From NCBI GenBank assembly GCA_965153355.1, contig OZ231126.1:31992001-32056000 (forward strand): 64,000 nucleotides of DNA. Direction: 5' to 3'. Shown here piece by piece: positions 1 through 64,000 of this stretch (position 1 is its first letter; each line of letters starts with the position of its first letter). The DNA is from Flaccisagitta enflata (Eukaryota). A program made the position numbers and the translations under genes. A model generated the notes under the pieces. The model worked only from the letters and a program-made list of their open reading frames with translations, was not told where the DNA came from and did no database searches.

Positions 1-331
1 GAAATGCAAATCTGAAGTCTATTCTAACGCTAATTAACATGTACTTGTTACTTCTCAAAAGTTGAAATGGAAAGCAAAAAGCAAAATCAGTCCTCGGTTG
101 TGACCCTACACACTCAGAAACAGTGGGTGATAGTAAGTCAGTATTTTAAGGTCCCGAAATCCCGTTACTCAGTGCAGAAAAAAGGAAAATGGTGATGATT
201 TAACAGCAAACTAAAAGTCGCCAATTTTTCCGTCACGCGCGATGAAGAATTTCCAATTTAATAAGCTGTTGCGGAGCCAATTCACAGCAAGCTCGCAGAG
301 AAGAATATGGGAGATAGAAGCTTGTCCTTAC

Positions 332-45395
<45,064 letters not shown>

Positions 45396-45469
45396 TTTCC
45401 TCAATGATATTGTTCTCTATTTATCAAAATGTCCAGAATTAAGTCACAGAAAAGATATAATCTTTCCAC

Positions 45470-45610
45470 ATCCAAATGACGTCACACATTTGAGTCACTT
45501 GTTTTGATCACATGTTTTCTGAAAGCAGACTAGGGTGTGCCAGAAGGAACAAAATGATGAGAGTAGGACCAATCAAAAGAAACCACTAGAATAGAAAGCA
45601 CCCAATAGAG
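45470..45610 (-). promoter_or_regulatory. Putative ALIX proximal promoter
   Basis: 80-215 nt upstream of the ATG: CRE palindrome TGACGTCA 45477-45484, AP-1 TGAGTCA 45491-45497, TCACATG E/M-box 45508-45514, CCAAT boxes near 45569 and 45602. Motif matches only. Confidence 0.45.
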
Positions 45611-46320
45611 ATCGTTATTTTGATGACGTTCTCCAGAACTGTTCCTAGACTGTCATTTATTCACTCTTTTATTTCCTTGTCTCTTTTCATTGTGCAACAT
45701 CTAAGAAGTTTAATATTAATTTATTTGTTGTTTTCCTTCCTATCTCTTACAGAAAAAAAATTCCTAGACTTGGTTCTATGTACGCTACTCTTCTGATAGA
45801 GCGTGAGGCAGAGTCGCCTGACACTGGCGTTTAAAACAAACTTTCCAATAATAAGTGGTCTTTCTCTCGTTATTATGCTGCCTCGCTGTTGTTCGCTCTT
45901 TATTTTCTTATCTCTGTATTTCTTTCATTGTGCAACTTCTTTGGAATTTTATATATTTTATTTGTTGTTTTTCTTCCTATCTCTCACAGTTTCTATGTTT
46001 GATTGATAATTAGAGTGTGGGGCTGGCTGCTTCATTAGGATAGATTGAGAAAATATTGAGCAAGCCACTAAGATTTGAAAACCTAAGTCCATCGCAGGGC
46101 CGGGTAGTAATTCCGTGTCATATAAGGTGTTGACAATCCATCTAAAACTCAAGACAATTTTGCACGAGGTTGCATGTAATGAGTGGCTTTTGATTTCTTC
46201 CCCCCCCCTGGCCTTTGATATTCTTATTCATAATATGTTGCATTGCGTTACATAAAGCTATGATTTTCTTCCCCCACAAAGTAATATTTCAAATGATATT
46301 TCAAATAATATTTCAAAAAA

Positions 46321-47233
46321 GTCAACTCCAATCTTCTATATAAATCGCCTAAGTCCTAGTAACATATTACTACATTAATAAGCTAATATCTTATAAACAA
46401 GACTTCCGATTATATTTAAATTTTGCAGGGGCTGTTCAATTAATACCCCTTACCTTTTACCAAATTAAAAAAAAATTACCATAACTTTACTACCCTTTGC
46501 CTATGTAAACTGCTTAAGTCCTAGTAACATATTACTACATTAATAAGCTAATATCTCATAAACCAGACTTCAGATTTAATTCGAATTTTGCAGGGGTTGT
46601 TTAATTACTACCCTCTACCTGTATACCAAATTAGAAAAAAATTCACATGCCTTTACTACCCTTTGCCTATGTGATGTGTGCAACAATTCATCCTATATAA
46701 AACTCATACAATTATCCAAATAAGAAACATTAAACTTTAAAGAAAATCTGAAAAAATACGGACATTTATATAGTGTAAGCTTCCATTACATACACATACA
46801 TACCTAAAATATGGTATGTAAACCGCCTAAGTCCTAGTAACATATTACTACATAAGTAAGCTAATATCTAATAAACCAGACTTCAGATTTAATTCAAATT
46901 TTGCAGGGGTTGTTTATTTAATACTCACTACTCATATACCAAATTAAAAAAAGAATTCACATATCTTTAGTACCCACTACCTATGTAAACCACATAAGTC
47001 CCAGCTTAATATTACTACAAAAATAACAGGCAAAGGGTAGAAAAAATTTATGAATTTTTTTGAAAATTGGTACACAAGCTCCATAAACAATACAAGCAAA
47101 GTTACAAAAAATTCTGAAGTCTGGTCCCAAAGATATGAGAAGGTTTTAAAATTTAAACGACAGACAAACAGACAGACTACACATCAATGCTACTTCATAG
47201 TCACCGACGAAAACTGTTCGTCGGGGACAAAAA
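46321..47233. mobile_element. Family A element, truncated copy
   Basis: Subrepeats and terminal hairpin atagtcaccgacgaaaactgttcgtcggggac-aaaa present; left palindrome and array missing. Confidence 0.7.
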
Positions 47234-49532
47234 AACCCTTTTAACTAGCAACAAAAAGCCCTAAAAACAACTTTGTGACAAACCAATGGATGGACGATTG
47301 GATGGATGGGCAGACAGAAGGATGGACAGACAGACAGACCAAAAAGTGGCTTACAGAGGTGTATGAATGACATAAATAAATTCAAAAACATTTAAAATGT
47401 CTTTAGATTGGGTGAAACGCCCTTGAAACAACTTTGTGATGGACAGACAGACCAACTAACAGACCAACCAAATAGTGGCTTTTAGAGGTTCGTAAATGCC
47501 TTAGAAACATTCAAAAGCATTTAAAATGTCTTTATTTTGTGTAAAACGCCTTTTAAACAGTTGTGTGACGGACCAACCAACCGACCGATGGACCGACCGA
47601 CGGCCAACTGAAAAGTGGCTTATAGAGTCGCGTAGCATGCAACTAAAAATTTAAGATAGCATCCTTGCAGCAAAATAGACATCAGTGTGAGAATACACTT
47701 TTTTTAAATGATAAGATACCAGTTTATAAGAGACATGTGCCTGAGATTTGCCAAAATTTTAAGAACAAAATAGGAGAATGCCCAGGCTGAGATTTAGTTT
47801 TAGCCATTTCCAAGAAAACTTTTTCTAGTTTCTCATCAAAAAATGAATTTTATTCAAATTTTTCGGAAATACAAATTTTTTATCTTTAAAAATATTTTTT
47901 TTTCTAGTTTGCCTAGATGAAATCAGGCATTATATAAAAAAAACATGATAACTATCAAATTTAAGATACAATTGTTATAAAAAAGGTATTTTTATACAAT
48001 CTATGTATCTATAAACATCGAAGAAATTAAGAACACCTTAAGAGAATTTCAGGCTGATTTCAGGCTGATTTCAAAAAAGTTGTCTCTTATATAAAAAAAA
48101 AGTGTAGTTGTCTTCACATTAAAAAACATAAGCAGACTTGAACAGACGAACGAGTTCAATTTTTGCTATGCTCATGATATCAATCACAAACAAAATACAT
48201 CTCACCATAAGAACAGAAGGACGCTCAGTAGTCAGTACTGTTCATTCACTTGACCTAACGACCCGCTACATAAGTAACTGGTGTATTGAAAATACTCTAA
48301 TTTCTGAATCTAACCTTTTACACACACCAAACAAGTATTTTACACACATAGATCTTCTCATTATCGTCATGAATTTTACCTTAAAAATAGGACCAAAGAC
48401 ATAGAAAATCAAATATAAATCACACCATTTAAATTCTATGTGTAACACTGATCAGTAAACCTCATCAGCCAGCCTATTGGTGGTGAGGAGCAAATCAGTT
48501 ATTGCTGGTGAGGCACTCTATCACCAAGACTTTAACAGTAAAGGAAGACCAAAACCAGGAAAATAAAATAGATATAGAACTGGTCAAAAATGGACAATAT
48601 ACCAACTTCTACTCCGTTATGACCCTAGTATAAGATCGTTTTCCTTAACATAATTTTTTTGGGAAATAAACATACACAAGATTTTGACAATCTTAAAAGA
48701 CAGTGAGGATGCAATGTTCTCTACGAAAAACGAACTTGACATTAAGACAAAAACTCGTGACTAGTCGTTACGTTACTTTAAGTTTCATACAATGATTTCA
48801 CAGTTAACATGCATTTTACGTTGAGACTTGGTTGTGCAACATGATAAATTTCGATAGTTTTAATGGCATCAATTTGTGCCCGAAGCATTGATATAATATC
48901 GGAGGCCAAATGTGAAAAAAAGAAATATATCCGCCTTTCTTAAAGCCCTTTGACCCTTTGATTAATGAATCTTCAATTTCCGAACAGTATCGACCCGTAA
49001 CGTAAGAATAAAATAAAGATAATGAAAACTGTACAAACGCGAACAAACAAAGAAGTAAAGTCTTCAGAATTTACCCTTATATATAATAGATAATTAAAAT
49101 GGTAATTCTACGATTCTAGCACAAGAGAAAGACAAAAGGCCAGATTTGATTGACACAGAAGTATGCTGCCTTTAAGCATAACCTAAAATCGTTCTCAAAC
49201 ACGATCTGTAATGACGAGGTATAAATCAAGCACAGAAGAAGTAGACAAGAATAGTATCAAGATCTTGAGAAAAATTTCAGTGGAATTTGCTTGTAACAGA
49301 AAATTTTAGGATCGGTAAGCATATTCTTTTTTCATATAAAATCTTGTTAAATCTTTGAAAAGATTAAAGAAATATTTCAAGCATCAAATCCGCTGCAAGC
49401 AAAATCCAACCATGGAGATTGAAATGACATGTCATAGTCACATATTTGAAGTGCCCTTTTTTACGTTGAACGCTACCACGGTAAGGGTCCAAAGCTTTTA
49501 AATACATATATAATGGTTAACCAAAGAGATCC

Positions 49533-59732
<10,200 letters not shown>

Positions 59733-60049
59733 GATGTCCGAATGAAAGAGATTCTATCATCTGTGTGTTTTGGTTTTCTTTGTATATGAGACTTTTGAGA
59801 AAGGAATAAAACAGAACGAATGAACTAATAAGCCAATAAACTAATTAGAAGGGTAAGTAGACTAGAGAGTAAAGTCACTGGAAGGAATCAGGAGGGTCCT
59901 TATAAAGAGAAGGGGGGGGGGGAAGGGGGGGGGGAAGAGAAATAATCACTTGTTAAAAGCAAGCAGACAACTGAGTCAGGACACAAAACATAAAATCAAA
60001 ATCACATTTAACACAGAGCGTGTAAAGATAAATAATACACGAATCTTTC

Positions 60050-63000
60050 TCAGTTTTGCTTGACGGTCTGATGGAACGCGATTTGTTGGACTTGATTCAA
60101 GTCTTCAATGAGGCCCCTCAAAGCGCGTTTGATCCGGAATTGGTTTTCCAACTCTCCGGTATTTCCACTCCCACCAGCTGTTGGCGCAGTCCTGGAATCA
60201 ATTGTCAAATTCGTCGTCTCGCCAACGACAGTGACCTTCTTTCCCGGCGGCAGCGACACAAACTCCTCCGATTCGTCCCACAGGCGCTCGATTTCGTCCA
60301 TTTCCGCTTCCATGGCGGCCAGACGCGCTTCCATGGCGTCGTGATCGGCGTCGATGCGCGCCGATTCCGCCGCTAACATCGAATCGAGACTCGATCGCGG
60401 GTTGGCTTTAGACGATTGACTTTCCATCGTAGTTGGTTCACCTTCGTCTAGTTCCGTAGCTTCTGATTGAATCGTTGTGGATGGCACAACCGGCGGCGAA
60501 ATACATGTCAAACCCTCGGTAGCGTTAACGGCGTCAGTCTTCCCACCACCCACATCGACATCTTCCCCTTTTCGACTTTCCAGTGTCTTTTTAAATTGAT
60601 GCATTCTCAACCCGGTTCCGTGTAAACAGTCATTCAGTCGATGAATTCCGGCGCAGACGTTATTGACCGACTGACCAACAGCTTTGAAGAACCCCATTTG
60701 AGAATCGCTGCCTCGAAGATTCACCGCCGCCAAAGTGTCGAGTGAATTGGAAGAGGATGTGGAAGAGGATGTTGAAGATGACGCGGGTTTATTGGTGTAT
60801 GCGGCGGCTTCGTTTTTGCCGTACGTCATTGGCGGCTTCGGCGCCTCCGCCGTGGAGAGAGTAAAAGGCGTCGCCTTCGTCGCTTCCATCGTAGTTTTCT
60901 TCGGCGTCGGGAATCGCGCTAATTCTCCCGTCGTTAAATAAGTCTCCACTTCCTCCAACCTTCTTTTGCTGTCTCGAATCCCAGGAGGATGAGAACAAAT
61001 GTAACACAAATAACTATCGTCGTCTTCGTCTTCCGGTAAAATGAAGCAGGAAGAATGCTGCCAACTCTGACAGCGGCCGCAGCGCAGCATTCGACCCGAT
61101 TCGGGAGTCACCTCGTAGATTTGACAGACGCAGCGAATCCGTTCGTCGATGGGAACGCCACCTTCGCCGATGACGCGGGTGGCAGCGACGGAGGATGAAT
61201 GCGCGCCGCTTTTTGGCGTGGACCCAGGAAGGACGTCGCCAACGCCGTTGACGGAGTTCGCGGCAAATTCCAAAGTCGTTTCATCCTCGTCGCTGAGAGC
61301 GGAGATGGAGGATCGCGCCGACGGCGAGTTCATCGACGTTGTCATCGCCGACATCGAAACGTCGTCCAACGATAACGAAGCAAGTCGTTTGCGTTTCCGG
61401 CCTCCAGCCATTAACGGTGGAAGAGGTGGAGGATCGGGCGTAGCGGGTGTCGAAGCCGCGACTGGCGGAATGGAAGGCGCGGTGGGGGAATCGTGAGAAT
61501 GTTTTGAATTCTTCGAGGATGTTGTTGTAGGCGTTGACGTCGCATTTGCCGCTTTCGGGGTCGTGGGTGGAAGCGTTGCCGAGGACGATGCAATGGATTT
61601 TGATGTCGGATTTGTTGTATCATTGCTTCCGTCGGATTTGGAATTAGTCGCCGAACCTTCATTCAGTTTGGATGATGATCCACCTTTCGTCGGCGTCTTT
61701 AGAGCCGCGGCTTTGGTAACCGCCTTGGAAGGTGCCGGTGTCTTTGGGGAAACCGACGTTGACTTGATTATCGTCGAAGTCGGCGTCGTTGTTGCAGCGA
61801 TCGTCGAGCCCGACTGTTCCTCCAAATGGTAATATTTCAGATGATATACGAGGAGACTTTCTTTACGGAATGTCTTAGCGCATTCTTTGACGTTGCATTT
61901 CCACTCTTCTTTGGCAGCGGCGGCGGCGTTGTCTCCCGGTTCGCGTTTCGTCTTTTTCGCGGATGAAGGTGCCACTGAGGCTGTTGAAGTTTGATACTTC
62001 GCCGCGGCGCCAGCGCCAATTTTATCCGACATTGGCGGTCGTCCTGTTGACAAGGTATGGAGGAGAGGGGGAGAGAAGAAAAGGCTTGAAAGTGTAAGAT
62101 TTTTGTCTTTCTATCAACCCAGCCCCAACATCGTTAGAGATCATGGTTTCCTTTTAGCATTGGATTTTTCTAAACAAAATAATAGTTTAAGATGTCGATC
62201 ACTAGTCAAAGGATTCAGAAAGGGTGCAAATAAATTACTAATTAATACGAGCAATGAGCTACCCAGATCAACAAACCTCGTCCTTTTTTGGCGGTAGGTT
62301 TCTGGTCATCGGTGTCCGTGAAACTTCCTCTTAAAGCGTTTGTATCAGTTGACGTCTCTGCAGCGTCACCGCCGCCACCTTCTTCCGCATCGCCGCCCGA
62401 TTCCAATGTCACCGTCCGCTTCCGCTTTTTGCCCTTTCGCTGGTCGTCGTCGTAAGCGTATTCTTTGGAAGCGGATTTTTGTTGCGTAGTTTCGGACTTT
62501 GCTCCCCCGCTGTTATGGTTGTTGTTAGCGTTGGCAGTCGAACTCGCGTTTTTATTCGCCTGAATTGAGCAAAAGCATTAAGAAACGACCAGAGTTAAGA
62601 AACAACCATATTTCGAAATAGGATCTCGATATTCTCCACCCGAACTTTTGCGTCAGTTGCGCTGTCACGATAACTGTCAAGAATTAGATCTCACTCTTGG
62701 ATATTAGGATATAAATACTCAGCTTTTTAGTCGCGTGCTACGCGACTCTATACCCCGCTTTGTCGGTCCGTCCGTCCGTCGGTCCGTCCATCGGTCCGTC
62801 CGTCCTTCCGTCCGTCACACTTTACTTTTTCGGCGTTAATGGAGGTTTTGGCTTTATTGCTCCTGCCCAAATGTTCCACTGACCTCAATTATGGCCCCTG
62901 CCCACCCGCACGCGACTGGGGTAGCCGTGTATCCGGCCTTGTTAGACCAAGACTTCCGACAGACCTCCGAAGTTCTTTTCTCAGCAGCCTAAATTTATAT

Positions 63001-64000
63001 ATTTTATTGACTTGCTACAATCTGTCGATCACGCAGTTAAGATTAAACGGCCATGCTATCTTTAAGCGTCTTATTAGCCTTTTAAAGATCGCGTGAAAAA
63101 TGGAAAACTCACCAAACGTCGCAATGTTTTGCAAATCACTTGATTGAGCAATCTTGAGCTACTAGGCGAATTTATTTCACGTTTTTAGGTGCGACAAAGC
63201 ACCTCTATAACTGGCTCTGTCCGTCGGTCGGTCTGTCTGTAACGCATTCGTTCGACGATCAACACGTCGCACCTTATTGGCCTACTGGGCCTTGTTATAA
63301 TTTCTTTCACTCCGCGTTTTATTCAAGATACATACAGAAGCTGCCAGAAATACAGAGACAGATGTACAAGCGTCACATAAAGGCCAAGACAAACGTGTGG
63401 TCACACCCGCTGTTTAAACAAGACAAGACCCTTACACTACAGAATACATAATTACAGACCAATCAGTTACACACGCCGTGCTACCATTATGAAAACAACA
63501 AACAAACAAACTATTAAAACACTGCCCGCAAAATACCTGTTTCCCACTCTTCTTCTTCTCCCCAAACAGACAGGTATTTCCAGTCGTTCCGTCATCCGGC
63601 AAATGGAATTCTCTCCTCATTTCCCTCGTCATGGGTTTGACGTTAGCGTGTTGGACCGTCTTCTTAAAACCGTCGTAAAAGACAACATCGAATGACGACG
63701 GATTGGCGACGAGGATCTTGGCCGGATACATTCGGCAGTCCGTCCATCGCGCCAACACAATCTCCCCGACGCAGAATTCCGTCCGCGCGTCCATCGATGA
63801 GTGATGGAGATGGTGGTGATGGTGCTGGCGTTTGGATTTGTCACCGGACGAAGATGATTCGCATCGCCGTTGAGATTGTCGTAAGAGAGGTCGTAGACGA
63901 ATTTCCGGGGAATCGACGTCCAAGTCGTCGTCGTTATCGTTACAAGAGGAGGAAGAGGAGAGAGAAATCCACTCGTCGAATCGAGAACTCCATCCTTCGA
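60050..64000 (-). CDS. PHF20: PHF20 / PHF20L1 / MBD-R2-like protein (Tudor-Tudor, AT-hook, C2H2, PHD); 5' end off-window
   Basis: Exons 63537-64000 (partial), 62277-62559, 60050-62043; intron phases 0 and 1 match. End of Tudor1 EGWSSRFDEWI..DSP..LRP; Tudor2 GEIVLARWTDCRMYPAKI..VVFYDG; AT-hook KKGRGRPP across the splice junction; C2H2 CNVKECAKTFRKESLLVYHLKYYH; PHD IRCVC..MLRCGRCQSWQHSSC..YLCYIC. Confidence 0.88.
62724..62943 (+). mobile_element. Short HINE/DINE-1-like element, family B
   Basis: tttttagtcgcgtgctacgcgact hairpin, (gtcc)n, second cacgcgact, end gccgtgtatccggccttgtt; a variant copy lies at 63182-63296. Confidence 0.7.

Noticed and set aside
60056-61832. Plus-strand ORFs opposite PHF20
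   Set aside because: Antisense shadows of a GC-rich coding exon, with no independent motifs.

Overview
Repeat-rich animal genomic DNA with spliceosomal GT-AG introns; probably an invertebrate, and a protostome if the IR call holds. I assembled four multi-exon protein-coding genes by hand, each with consistent intron phases. On the minus strand: a PHF20/MBD-R2-like chromatin reader (5' end off-window), a complete 8-exon Lifeguard/TMBIM gene whose ATG lies only 317 nt after the PHF20 stop, and ALIX/PDCD6IP (15 exons over about 45 kb, 3' end off-window). On the plus strand: a 10-exon divergent ionotropic-receptor (IR/iGluR-like) gene that fills one 14.7-kb ALIX intron and may start inside an ALIX exon. 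The introns are packed with non-autonomous DNA elements, often nested several levels deep: hAT-like elements with 8-bp TSDs, TA-TSD fold-back MITEs, and several Helentron/HINE-like families with hairpin ends and interchangeable minisatellite cargo. I recognised no autonomous transposase, RNA gene or CRISPR array. Most long ORFs in the supplied track are minisatellite or microsatellite artefacts. All family assignments come from motif recognition, without database searches.
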